Assembly (NCBI GenBank): GCA_016180945.1
Contig: JACPAG010000002.1
Coordinates: 128,210-192,209 of the forward strand
Direction of reading: 5' to 3'
DNA length: 64,000 nucleotides
DNA from: Candidatus Aenigmatarchaeota archaeon
GTDB taxonomy: Archaea > Aenigmatarchaeota > Aenigmatarchaeia > GW2011-AR5
Shown: one piece after another, positions 1 through 9,510 of the stretch
How positions within the stretch are numbered: position 1 is the first letter of the stretch
Layout: every line of letters begins with the position of its first letter
Position numbers and translations under genes: made by a program
Notes under the pieces: model-generated
The model's input: the letters and a program-made list of their open reading frames with translations, nothing else
What the model was told of the DNA's origin: nothing
Database searches by the model: none

Positions 1-1
1 C

Positions 2-178
2 GACGTTTCCAAAGTCTTGGGCGCCGGCAAGATATCCGCGGTTCTTATCATAGTCGCCGTCGCTCTGTTTCTTGCAGCCGCCGGAGCCGTAGGCCGCGGC
101 ATAAGCGGCGACCTGCTATCGACTGTCATCATCCTGATAGTCCTGGGCATAGCCGTTATATTTGTAACAGGAAAATAA
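2..178 (+). CDS. 3' end of a membrane protein (partial, truncated by window start)
   Basis: Open frame DVSKVLGAGKISAVLIIVAVALFLAAAG...VIILIVLGIAVIFVTGK* with two hydrophobic segments; TAA at 176-178. Confidence 0.6.
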   Translation, partial: DVSKVLGAGKISAVLIIVAVALFLAAAGAVGRGISGDLLSTVIILIVLGIAVIFVTGK

Positions 179-238
179 GTATCAACAAGGTAGAAAAAGT
201 TTTTTAGATAGCCAATTACCTATTCTTCGTCCTACTCC

Positions 239-826
239 TCAAACCTGAACCTGCCGCTGCTTCATCTCGTGTATCATGCCGGCAAGAGATTCGATGTTTC
301 TTGTCAGCGCCGGCAAGAACTGCTTGAACGCCTTTTCCAGTCCGCCGATGCGCGCTTCCAGATCTTCCAGCCGCTCGCTGTATTCATCTATCCTTTCGTC
401 CCTTACCGGCGCAATGACAGTCCTTTGCTCTGCTTGTTTTAACCTTGCGTAAATCTTGCTGATTTCGCTTTCCATATTTTCTATTCTGGATTCAACCTTC
501 TGCCATTTCTCTTCGACAACGCCCTCGACAAGCTCCTCGACGATAATTTCCGGCGAAACCGTCTCCTCAACATCTGCCAGATTCATTTCAGGCATTTCCT
601 GCTCTTCCTGAAAGGCTTCTGCCGTCGGCTGTTCCTGCGTTGCTGTGTCCTCAGGTTGGTCTACGCCTGCCTTGACGGCCTGCAGCATGCTCTTTTCTAT
701 GGTGTCGTAAGAATATCCTTCTGACTTGAGTTTCTTTATTATTTCCTTGTCGCTGGCGCCCTTTGAAGAGAGCTCCTGTATTTCATTTGTAGGCAATTCC
801 TTCGGCTCTTTTTTCCTGAAAAGCAT
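239..826 (-). CDS. Hypothetical acidic coiled-coil protein
   Basis: 195 aa ORF; heptad-rich C-terminal half (EEKWQKVESRIENMESEISK...DLEARIGGLEKAFK). Confidence 0.75.
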   Translation of the reverse strand: MLFRKKEPKELPTNEIQELSSKGASDKEIIKKLKSEGYSYDTIEKSMLQAVKAGVDQPEDTATQEQPTAEAFQEEQEMPEMNLADVEETVSPEIIVEELVEGVVEEKWQKVESRIENMESEISKIYARLKQAEQRTVIAPVRDERIDEYSERLEDLEARIGGLEKAFKQFLPALTRNIESLAGMIHEMKQRQVQV

Positions 827-877
827 TTTTGCACCTTCTTAATTTATTGTTTTAATACTATATATATTTTCTTTGCT

Positions 878-927
878 CAGAAAGCATTCGCTTTCTGGCA
901 ACTCAAGAAGCTTTTGCTTCTTCGAGT
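878..927. repeat. Paired-hairpin cassette
   Basis: CAGAAAGC-attc-GCTTTCTG followed by ACTC-AAGAAGC-tttt-GCTTCTT-C-GAGT (bulged stem). Confidence 0.75.
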
Positions 928-966
928 TTCCGCAAGCGATTTTCTTTTTTTAAAAGAAAAGGGCTT

Positions 967-1338
967 TTATCTTGCAACCTCGCCAAGCTCCTCCTTCGTG
1001 ACATACTCCTGCTTTACGGGGCTGAGCAGGTCGAACATCTTTTCGACCTCTTTTATGTCCCGCTTTAATGCAAACTTGTCTATCTGCCTGCCTATTTTTT
1101 CGACCGTGTTCTTCAGCCTTACAATCTCGTCTGACATGTTCCTTATTGAAACGTCCAGTTCGGCGAACTTGTCGTTCGCCTTTCTCGTCCTTTCAAGCGA
1201 CAGCTCTTCTATCGAACTCGTCCTTTCTTCCAGCGATTGTATCCTGTCTTCAAGATTCCTGACCCTCAGCAGTTCGTCGTTTGTCCTTCTCACGAGCTCC
1301 TGGAGAATCATCTGTATTTTATTCATGTCAAGTGCCAT
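967..1338 (-). CDS. Hypothetical coiled-coil protein
   Basis: ORF with heptads (LLRVRNLEDRIQSLEERTSSIEE); start placed at MALDMNK. Confidence 0.7.
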   Translation of the reverse strand: MALDMNKIQMILQELVRRTNDELLRVRNLEDRIQSLEERTSSIEELSLERTRKANDKFAELDVSIRNMSDEIVRLKNTVEKIGRQIDKFALKRDIKEVEKMFDLLSPVKQEYVTKEELGEVAR

Positions 1339-1686
1339 ACAATATACTTGTGAGACGGGTAAATAAAAAGGAATATTATGCTGTTTCACAGTATGCCAAA
1401 CAAGAAAAGAGATGTATTAAGTTCTTGTTTGGGCATAACGTTGTATTTTTCTGTTTATTAAGTTTATTTTTGTTGGCGAAGAAAATATTTTGGTATAAAT
1501 CCTTCTACTCTTTGAACAGCTTCACCGTCATGCTGCTGGAAAATCTCTTGAGATGGGTAACAGCCAATTTCTTCATGGCAAGAAAATATCGCAAGTTTTA
1601 CCTATTTCGTCCAGTAAATCTGCTATTTGCATACAGCTACTAATCACAGAAAGTTATATATCAACTAAAACGAATACATAATAAAT

Positions 1687-3912
1687 ATGCCAATCGATTA
1701 TCAGTACGACCAGGAGACGCAGAAGCTCCGCGTCAACTGTTTGGGTTCTATATACGGGCCGAGTATAGAGGACTACGACGTGTGGATGGCCGCCGTCATA
1801 GACAAGCTCATGGAAATCAAAAGGGTCGTGCGCGTTGTTCTGGCCGAGCGCCGCGAATACGAGTATGATTTTTCTGAAGTGAAGCTGCTGCTTGAGATTG
1901 CGAACGCCATAGAAAGAATTTCCAGGGAAAGGATCGTTTCTATAAAGAACGTCGTTCTTGAAAAATGCGACAGCGAGGCACCGCTGCGGTACAGGCAATT
2001 GCAGGGCATAGTAACAAATATAAAATACGACCCCATCGAGGCGTACAAGCAGCTGGCAAGGGAAATACGGCATGCCCGGATTAAGAGCGAGCGTGAACAA
2101 GGACTGGAAAAAGAATGCTGTTTGCATTACCTGAACAATGCCCTTATGCCGGTGCAAAAGATCCTTGACAATTGCCGTCTGATAGAAATAGCAAAAGAAA
2201 ATCTGGCCGAGCACAAAAACCGCTCGCTGTACAGGAAGATATTCCACCCGAGCGTGAAGCCGAACTTCATGTACACCCGGTTCATCGTCACCCCGCCGGC
2301 AAACGCAGAACTCATCGAAAGGTATGTCATGGGCGATACAACGGCAGAGGTGTACAGCCTTCCCGGGAAAGTGAGAAAGCTGTACCATCTGATACCTCCG
2401 GAATTCAAGCTCAATGAAAGCGAATACACGCTGCTGGACAAGGCCAGGCAGTACATCGGCCGGCACGAGCCGCGGGAGGCAGAACTGGAAGAGCCTGAAC
2501 GCATGAGGGAGAATATTTTCCGGATAAGCCTGGACCTGCTGCGGGACGTTGTAAGGAATGAAAACATTACGGTCCCGGAAAATAAAATGGAAAAGCTTGC
2601 TGATATTTTGACGCGCTACACCGCCGGCATGGGAATCCTCGAGCTGCTTCTGCAGGATGAAAATATACAGGACATAGCGGTGAATTCGCCTGTCGGAAAT
2701 TCTCCAATATATTTATTTCACGGCATCTATCAGGAATGCGAAACGAACATCGTGCCGACAATGGAAGACGCGGAATCCTGGGCAACGCGATTCCGTCTGC
2801 AGTCCGGCCGCCCACTGGATGAGGCGAATCCTGTTCTCGATACAGAAATTGCCGTAGCCGGCGGCCGTGCAAGGATCGCAGCCATAACCAGAACATTATC
2901 TCCCGAGGGGCTCGGCTTCGCGTTCCGCCGGCACAGGGAAAAGCCGTGGACGCTCCCGCTCTTCATAAACAACGGCATGATAGACGCGTTCTCATCAGGG
3001 CTGATATGGTTCCTCATAGACGGCTCAAGAACTATGTTGATAGCCGGCACGCGAAGCTCCGGAAAGACGAGCTTTCTGGGTAGCTGCATGGTGCAGATAA
3101 TGCCAAAAATCAGGATGATTTCAGTTGAGGATACACTCGAGCTTCCCATAGAACAACTCCGCGAACTGGGCTACAACGTAGAGCGGCTGAAATCACGTTC
3201 AGTCATAACACATATCGAAACAGAGCTTGCGGCCGAAGAGGCGTTGCGCACAGCATTAAGATTAGGTGATTCATCTCTTATTGTCGGTGAAGTCAGAAGT
3301 CGCGAAGCCTTGGCCCTTTATGAGGCGATGCGTATCGGTGCCTTGTCGAATGTCGTTGCAGGCACGATACACGGCGATTCAGCTTACGGCGTTTTCGACC
3401 GTGTCGTCAATGACTTGGGTGTCCCTGCGACCAGTTTTAAAGCCACCGATATAATCATAATCGCAAACATGTTACGCACGCCAGACGGATTAAGGTCGTT
3501 CCGCCGCATCGTTGAGGTTACCGAGGTCAGAAAACACTGGCAGCGCGACCCCTCTGAAGAGGGCGGTTTCGTAAACCTTCTTGAATATTCGGCCAAGGAC
3601 GACATGCTAAAGCCTACAAAGACCCTGCTCACAGGCGAGAGCAGCGTATTGAACGACATAGCGAGCCGCGTCCGCGAATGGAAAGGCTCGTGGGAAAACG
3701 TCTGGAACAATATAAACCTGCGCGCAAAAATCCTCCAGACGCTGGTCGATTACGCCAACGCAAACAGAAAGCCGCTGCTGCTGGAAGCGCCGACCATAAT
3801 AGAATCCAATTCCATGTTTCACCTTATCAGCAGCGCCGTAAAAGAAGAGCTGGGCGAGCTTGATTCGAAAACAATATACGAAAAATGGTACGAGTGGCTG
3901 AAAAGTAAATGA
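1687..3912 (+). CDS. Type II/IV secretion (VirB11/TadA/FlaI-family) pilus assembly ATPase with long N-terminal extension
   Basis: Walker A GTRSSGKT, Asp box SVEDTLEL, Walker B LIVGEVR, His box GTIHG; followed by a platform protein. Confidence 0.92.
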   Translation: MPIDYQYDQETQKLRVNCLGSIYGPSIEDYDVWMAAVIDKLMEIKRVVRVVLAERREYEYDFSEVKLLLEIANAIERISRERIVSIKNVVLEKCDSEAPLRYRQLQGIVTNIKYDPIEAYKQLAREIRHARIKSEREQGLEKECCLHYLNNALMPVQKILDNCRLIEIAKENLAEHKNRSLYRKIFHPSVKPNFMYTRFIVTPPANAELIERYVMGDTTAEVYSLPGKVRKLYHLIPPEFKLNESEYTLLDKARQYIGRHEPREAELEEPERMRENIFRISLDLLRDVVRNENITVPENKMEKLADILTRYTAGMGILELLLQDENIQDIAVNSPVGNSPIYLFHGIYQECETNIVPTMEDAESWATRFRLQSGRPLDEANPVLDTEIAVAGGRARIAAITRTLSPEGLGFAFRRHREKPWTLPLFINNGMIDAFSSGLIWFLIDGSRTMLIAGTRSSGKTSFLGSCMVQIMPKIRMISVEDTLELPIEQLRELGYNVERLKSRSVITHIETELAAEEALRTALRLGDSSLIVGEVRSREALALYEAMRIGALSNVVAGTIHGDSAYGVFDRVVNDLGVPATSFKATDIIIIANMLRTPDGLRSFRRIVEVTEVRKHWQRDPSEEGGFVNLLEYSAKDDMLKPTKTLLTGESSVLNDIASRVREWKGSWENVWNNINLRAKILQTLVDYANANRKPLLLEAPTIIESNSMFHLISSAVKEELGELDSKTIYEKWYEWLKSK

Positions 3913-4026
3913 AATACACCATCCTGATATTTGTTATCTATGTTGTTTTTGATATCCTTGGCTTATTCTTCTACACAGGAATTCCCTCTGTGATTTCTTT
4001 TATATCCCGCCGCACAATAAATTATC

Positions 4027-5988
4027 ATGCCGCTCAAGCGCGACAAGGTGAACATCACATTCCCTGAAGAATATCAGTCGCGGGAATACAAGATTTTCAA
4101 GGAGGAAGAATTGATTTCTTCCCTGCCAAGGACTATTTACGAAAAGTCCTGCCGCGCTGCGGCCAGGCTGAATATCCGTCCGGACAGTAAGTCGGAAAAA
4201 AAATTGGCCGAAGCGATAGAATTCTCGCATCTGAAAGCCGCGCCGGCGGGCGTGGCCTCGCTCACGATACTGGCAGCCCTGCTCGTCACCGTACCGACCA
4301 TCGTGCTCATAGCCATGAACCTGTTTTTTGCCGTCCCGTTCCTGACGTTCGGAAACGGGATGATTGTGCTTGTCTTGGCGCTGCCTTTTCTCTATTATAT
4401 TTACACCTATCCGATGCACCTGAAAAAGCGCTATGAGATGTCCGTTGGCTCGGAAATAGTCACGATGGTTCTCTACACGGCAATGTTCATGAGGAATACG
4501 CCAAATCTTGAGCGCTCTATTTCATTTACCGCGGAAAATATAACAGGGCCGCTGGCTTATGAGCTCAGGAAACTTATGTGGGACGTTGAGGTTGGCAACT
4601 ATTTTTCTATTGAGGATGCTTTAGTCGACTATACAAAAAAATGGTCGCAGAACAGGAATTTTGTCCAGGCAATAGAAATGATAATTTCGTCGCTGAAGCA
4701 GCCCGACGAGAGAAGGGAGCAGATGCTCAGCGAAGTAGTTAACGTAATTCTTGAAGGCAATCGCGAACAGGCAAAGCATTTTACGCAAAGCCTCAAGACG
4801 CCTGTGATGGTTGTCCATGCCATGGGCATAATTTTGCCTGTCCTGGGGCTTGTCATGTTTCCCCTTATAGCCGTGTTCCTTGGAATAGGCGCATTCGCCC
4901 TGTTTTTTGTTTACGACATCCTCCTGCCAATCGTTCTTGTGTTTTTGATCGTCAACATCCTCGAGTCGCGTCCGTCAACGTTCAGCCGCATAGACATAAC
5001 AGACGCGCCGGGCGCCCCGCCAAAAGGAAAATTCAAGGCGGGAAAAACCTTTTTGCCCGCCTGGCCTTTCGGGCTTCTTACGGCTTTGATTTCGCTGCTG
5101 CTGGGATATTTTGCATTCACGATGGAGGGGCCGCAGGGCGTGCTGTCTCCGCTGGTAATGATGGGCGGCATAGCGCTGGGTTTTGCTGTCAACTATCTTC
5201 TGCTCACGTTCCAGTTAACCGGCCTGCGCGACAAAACCCGCGAAATCGAGTCCGAGTTTGCAGAGGCGCTTTTCCAGATAGGAAGCCAGATCCGTACAGG
5301 CACGCCTCTGGAACTTTCTTTGGAATACAGCATACGCCGCACAAAAAATCTCAAGATAAAGGACCTTTTTTTGCGGGCCCTGTCAAACATAAAGTCCATG
5401 GGCATGACGTTCCGCCAGGCGTTTTTCGATAAAGCCTACGGCGCTGTTTTATTCTACCCGTCGAAACTTGTAAAATCTGTCATGAAGACGGTTATAGAGT
5501 CGGCAGACCGCGGCGCCAAGACGGCCTCATTGACGATGATTTCCGTGTCGCAATACCTGAAGGGCATACATGCAACGCAGGAGCAGATAAACGACGAATT
5601 GTCAGACCCGGTCAGTTCGATGAAATTCCAGCTGTTTTTCCTGTCGCCGATGATATCGGGCGTTGTCATAACGCTTACAGTGATTATAATCGGCATACTG
5701 AACCAGCTCACTTCAAAAACATCCGCTCTTCCGCTGGGCTCCTTTATTCCGCTGCTGGGCGAGATAAAAATAACGCCGTTCGAATTCATAATCGTCGTCG
5801 GGATTTATCTTGTAGAAAACATTTTCATCCTGTCTTTCTTCGTCAACGGCATAGAGAACGGTCCCGATACGGTCGGCCGACAGAATACGACGGCGTATGC
5901 GCTTATCATAGGATACGCAGTATTCGTAATTACGCTGTTTCTGACGCTGAGCATTTTCAGCCCGCTCACGCTCCTGGCGGTTACCTAA
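4027..5988 (+). CDS. Type II secretion F-domain (TadB/TadC/FlaJ-like) membrane platform protein
   Basis: 653 aa with multiple TM segments and two T2SF-like soluble repeats; directly downstream of the ATPase. Confidence 0.85.
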   Translation: MPLKRDKVNITFPEEYQSREYKIFKEEELISSLPRTIYEKSCRAAARLNIRPDSKSEKKLAEAIEFSHLKAAPAGVASLTILAALLVTVPTIVLIAMNLFFAVPFLTFGNGMIVLVLALPFLYYIYTYPMHLKKRYEMSVGSEIVTMVLYTAMFMRNTPNLERSISFTAENITGPLAYELRKLMWDVEVGNYFSIEDALVDYTKKWSQNRNFVQAIEMIISSLKQPDERREQMLSEVVNVILEGNREQAKHFTQSLKTPVMVVHAMGIILPVLGLVMFPLIAVFLGIGAFALFFVYDILLPIVLVFLIVNILESRPSTFSRIDITDAPGAPPKGKFKAGKTFLPAWPFGLLTALISLLLGYFAFTMEGPQGVLSPLVMMGGIALGFAVNYLLLTFQLTGLRDKTREIESEFAEALFQIGSQIRTGTPLELSLEYSIRRTKNLKIKDLFLRALSNIKSMGMTFRQAFFDKAYGAVLFYPSKLVKSVMKTVIESADRGAKTASLTMISVSQYLKGIHATQEQINDELSDPVSSMKFQLFFLSPMISGVVITLTVIIIGILNQLTSKTSALPLGSFIPLLGEIKITPFEFIIVVGIYLVENIFILSFFVNGIENGPDTVGRQNTTAYALIIGYAVFVITLFLTLSIFSPLTLLAVT

Positions 5989-6022
5989 TTAAATCTTTTC
6001 ATCCATAGAATTTACAAAATAT

Positions 6023-6060
6023 TATAAAATGGCTATCGACTTTTGCCGGAGCAAAAGGGG
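6023..6060 (+). repeat. Family G leader element
   Basis: ATAAAATGGCTATCGAC + hairpin CTTTTGC-cgga-GCAAAAG + GGG, 3 nt before the ATG at 6064. Confidence 0.65.
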
Positions 6061-6063
6061 ATT

Positions 6064-7143
6064 ATGAAAATAGCATTTTTCACAGACACGTATGAACCGC
6101 AGATAAATGGCGTCGTTACTTCGATAAACGCGTTCGCAAAGTGCATGGAAAGGCATGGCAACACGGTTTCCATATTTTGTCCTTCGCCCGGCGGCAACCA
6201 TAAAAAAAATATATTCACTTTTCCGTCCATAGACTTTTCAAGATATCCCGGATATCGCATCGGCATCCCGGTTAAAAAAATAAAAAACTTTGACGTGTTC
6301 CATGTCCACACGCCTTTCTCTGTGGGGCTTGCCGGCGTAGCCGCTGCAAGATTTCATAAAAAACCCGTCGTCGGTACGTTCCACACCCTGATCCCGGAAT
6401 TCACCGATTACTTCATCAAAACGCGCAGATTCAAGGCGTTGCTGAAAAAAGCGGCGTGGCGATACTCCGCATGGTTCTATAACATGTGCGATGTCGTTAT
6501 AGCCCCGTCGCCTGAAATCAGAACCCTTCTGAAAAGACACGGCATCAGAAAAAGAATAGTTGTCGTGCCGACAGGCATCGAAAAGCCGGAAAAAATACGA
6601 AAAGAACGTTTAAGGAAAAAATACAAATTCCCGGAAAACAGTAAAATCATACTCCACGTAGGAAGGATATCAAAAGAGAAGAATATAGATTTTATTCTCA
6701 CGTCACTAAAAAACAAGCCGGACAATTGGACATTAATTATCGCATCTGACGGACCAGAAAAAAAGAATCTAAAAGAGTTGGCATCATACCTGGGAATTAA
6801 AAATGTCATCTTCACAGGCTTCATTTCAAAGGAAAAATTAAACGGGCTTTATTTTCTTGCAGACGTCCTGGTAGTGGCGTCGAAAAGCGAAACGCAGGGC
6901 ATAGTGGTTGCCGAAGCTGCGGCCCGCGGCCTGTCCGTCGTCTCATTGGATGCGCCGGTGATAGCAAATTTTATCAGGAAAAACAAGGCCGGCATCGTGG
7001 CCAGAGAAAAAAACTTTCTTTCGTCAATAAAAAAGGCGCTTGAAAAAAACAAGCCGGCGGCAATGAAGGGCTGTACGATAGAAGAAACAACAAAAAGCCT
7101 TCTGAATATCTACAAAAGCCTCAGTCCCAGTGGCTTTGTGTAA
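6064..7143 (+). CDS. Glycosyltransferase family 4 (GT-B)
   Basis: MKIAFFTDTYEPQINGVVTS, HVHTPF, HVGRISKEKN, SETQGIVVAEA motifs. Confidence 0.92.
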   Translation: MKIAFFTDTYEPQINGVVTSINAFAKCMERHGNTVSIFCPSPGGNHKKNIFTFPSIDFSRYPGYRIGIPVKKIKNFDVFHVHTPFSVGLAGVAAARFHKKPVVGTFHTLIPEFTDYFIKTRRFKALLKKAAWRYSAWFYNMCDVVIAPSPEIRTLLKRHGIRKRIVVVPTGIEKPEKIRKERLRKKYKFPENSKIILHVGRISKEKNIDFILTSLKNKPDNWTLIIASDGPEKKNLKELASYLGIKNVIFTGFISKEKLNGLYFLADVLVVASKSETQGIVVAEAAARGLSVVSLDAPVIANFIRKNKAGIVAREKNFLSSIKKALEKNKPAAMKGCTIEETTKSLLNIYKSLSPSGFV

Positions 7144-7149
7144 AAAGTA

Positions 7150-7210
7150 GTGTGCATCTATTTGATGCACACATATGCGTGACCCGTTGGATTCAGAAGT
7201 CCAATGGGTC
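7150..7210. repeat. Paired hairpins between convergent genes (possibly also terminator-like)
   Basis: GTGTGCATC-tattt-GATGCACAC and GACCC-G-TTGGA...TCCAA-T-GGGTC followed by a T-run. Confidence 0.55.
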
Positions 7211-7225
7211 TCTTTTTACACAAAG

Positions 7226-7924
7226 CTAGTCCCAGTAGTCCTTGAGTGATTTGTGCTTCAGGAAATAAACAAGGGTGGATTTCGCATATGTCATAACCAT
7301 CCTGAAAATCCCGCGCTTGGCGACCCTTCTGCTGGACGTGTAGACCGTTATGTCAGAAAAATACCTGACATGCTTTTCCTTTGCTACGCGCCTGGCAATA
7401 TCGTGGTCTTCGTTTGTAAGAAGTTCATGATTAAAGCCGCCGACAGCATTAAAAACCCCCTTCTCGAATACAAAGCAGCTCCCAAGCGTCATGACTATGC
7501 CAAGCCTATTCGATAAATTTACAAGAACGTTGGCAAATTTATAAGCCGCCTTCACTGAACTGCTTTTTGCATCGTATGTTTCAAGCCTGAAAATTGCGCC
7601 GCCCAGCTTGATTGGTCTGTTAAAAAACCTGATTTCAATCTCGTCTATGAAATCCCTGCTGAAACGCACATCCGCATCGGCGAAGACAAGAACGTCACCC
7701 GTGGCCTTTTCCGCCCCTGTGTTTCTTGCGACAGCCGGCCCTTTTCTTTTTTCAAAAACAACCTTTGCGCCGTATCTCGATGCTATCTTTGCAGTATTGT
7801 CATTGCTGTAGCTGTCCACAACGATTATTTCATAGTTTTTATTTTTCTGCGCCTTTATCGATTCCAAGCATTCTCCTATATACCCTTCCTCGTTTTTTGC
7901 AGGGATTATGAAAGAGAACTTCAT
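7226..7924 (-). CDS. Glycosyltransferase family 2
   Basis: SFIIPAKNEE, IIVVDSYSND, ARNTGA, FADAD (DxD), NEDHD motifs. Confidence 0.92.
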   Translation of the reverse strand: MKFSFIIPAKNEEGYIGECLESIKAQKNKNYEIIVVDSYSNDNTAKIASRYGAKVVFEKRKGPAVARNTGAEKATGDVLVFADADVRFSRDFIDEIEIRFFNRPIKLGGAIFRLETYDAKSSSVKAAYKFANVLVNLSNRLGIVMTLGSCFVFEKGVFNAVGGFNHELLTNEDHDIARRVAKEKHVRYFSDITVYTSSRRVAKRGIFRMVMTYAKSTLVYFLKHKSLKDYWD

Positions 7925-8652
7925 TTTACAGCCTTCAGTATAACGTTTGTTGACAAGGATGGGAACCGTGAAAACATCCTGTCCACTATCGAAATGATTC
8001 TCGACGCAATTCTCTGGGGCGTTTTGTTTTCCACACCTTTAACATTGATATACGCGCCTGTTACTGCCTCGATGCGAAAACCGTGTATGCGGAACAGCTG
8101 CGCGAGTGCAGATTTCGTAAATGCCCTTACATGGCCGCAGCTTATGGCAAAAGGCGAGCCGACGGGGTTTTTTATGCTCGCCTCAACCCAGAATGGAAGA
8201 TAGCCGAGAAGCATCAATCCACGGTTGTACCATGCGGCTATGTTCGGAACTGTTATGACAGCATAGCCTCTTGGCTTTAGAACCCTTTTTATTTCGTCTA
8301 TAAGATTATCGACATCAAAAACGTGCTCCAGGACTTCGCCGCAATAAACCGCATCGAAATAAGAGCTCCTGAACGGTATTTTTTTGTTTACGTCAAAAAT
8401 CTTTGCATCGATGCCGCGTTTTCTTGAAATCCTTACAGCTTCATCCGCGACGTCCACGCCATACATTTTGGCGCCGGTTTTCTTGCCTATCAGCCCCGAT
8501 ATCAATCCGTCGCCGCAGCCGACATCGAGAATTTTGCCATCATGCCTGTCAAAAAGCCCTATTACCTTTTCTATCCTGTTTCCTATGCCATTATAGTATT
8601 CGTTTTTCACAAACCTCTCGTTGTACATGTTTTTGTTTATATCCCCCAACAT
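7921..8652 (-). CDS. Class I SAM-dependent methyltransferase
   Basis: ILDVGCGDG motif I, FDAVYCGEVLEHV, RVLKPRG, VPN; start placed at MLGDIN. Confidence 0.88.
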   Translation of the reverse strand: MLGDINKNMYNERFVKNEYYNGIGNRIEKVIGLFDRHDGKILDVGCGDGLISGLIGKKTGAKMYGVDVADEAVRISRKRGIDAKIFDVNKKIPFRSSYFDAVYCGEVLEHVFDVDNLIDEIKRVLKPRGYAVITVPNIAAWYNRGLMLLGYLPFWVEASIKNPVGSPFAISCGHVRAFTKSALAQLFRIHGFRIEAVTGAYINVKGVENKTPQRIASRIISIVDRMFSRFPSLSTNVILKAVK

Positions 8653-8678
8653 AGTATAGCCCTTTCCATAATATGATA

Positions 8679-9506
8679 TTACATATTGAGTAATACCAGT
8701 ATAATTAAAATTGTTATAAATATCGCTACGCACTTATTGGCTGCCCGCATAGCATCGTCGAAATATCTGCCTTTCTTGGTATTATCAAAAAACAAGAATT
8801 TTGCAAAAGGAACAAAAGAAAGCAGGATAATAAAATATCTCTGAAAATATGCGTATGCAACGTATACAGAAAAGAACATCTCCAGAACGAACAGAAATTT
8901 TATAGCCTCTATGCTTTTCGATACGCCAATCCTCATGACGGATGTGGAAAAGCCGGACAGCTTATCCGCATTGTGATCACGTATTTCCTGCAGTATCTCT
9001 CCTATAGCCCCGGGTATTAAGTTAAGTGATGAAACCAGTAACGAGAATGTGTCTATACCCCGGAATGCAGCGTATCCGGCCAGGAAGGTTATAAGCATGA
9101 AAAGTGAATGAAAGACGATATCAAAGGGATATTTTTCTTTTAGCCTGAACGGTTCAGCCGAATAAAGAAAAAATAATGCAAATAAAAGCATAAAGAAGAA
9201 CGCAGACATGAAAGAAAGGAGAAAGGAAGAAAAAATGCCGACGACAGCAAGCGCTATAGAAACCTTAAATGCATCGGACTTTTTTATATGGCCTCTGGAA
9301 ATGGGGTTTCTGGTATTGTCCTTCTTTTTGTCAAATTCGGCGTCGAAAACGTCGTTTACAGCAAAGCCAAAGGCCCAGATGCAGGAAGTGGAAAGAATTA
9401 TTAACAGAAACAAATATACGTTCGTATTCCCGGAAAACACGGAAGCCAGTGTAGCGATTACAACGTTCATCCACCATTCATTAATACGGATAAGCTTCCA
9501 ATACAC
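8679..9506 (-). CDS. UbiA-family prenyltransferase
   Basis: Polytopic; NDVFDAEFD...RNPISRG, YSAEPFRLK and EIRDHNAD aspartate-rich motifs. Confidence 0.88.
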   Translation of the reverse strand: MYWKLIRINEWWMNVVIATLASVFSGNTNVYLFLLIILSTSCIWAFGFAVNDVFDAEFDKKKDNTRNPISRGHIKKSDAFKVSIALAVVGIFSSFLLSFMSAFFFMLLFALFFLYSAEPFRLKEKYPFDIVFHSLFMLITFLAGYAAFRGIDTFSLLVSSLNLIPGAIGEILQEIRDHNADKLSGFSTSVMRIGVSKSIEAIKFLFVLEMFFSVYVAYAYFQRYFIILLSFVPFAKFLFFDNTKKGRYFDDAMRAANKCVAIFITILIILVLLNM

Positions 9507-9510
9507 TATA

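Noticed and set aside
1654-2466. Long antisense or alternate-frame ORFs (also 914-1366, 28745-29254, 45440-46081, 63505-63930 and many more)
   Set aside because: They shadow well-supported genes or repeats and have no motifs; 63505-63930 is antisense to the real + strand gene starting at 63532
3909-4067. 52-aa hydrophobic ORF between the ATPase and platform genes
   Set aside because: Overlaps the platform gene by ~40 nt and has no recognisable motif; cannot be supported
1687-5988. Archaellum (flaI/flaJ) operon
   Set aside because: No archaellin, FlaF/G or FlaH neighbours; architecture fits a generic type IV pilus system
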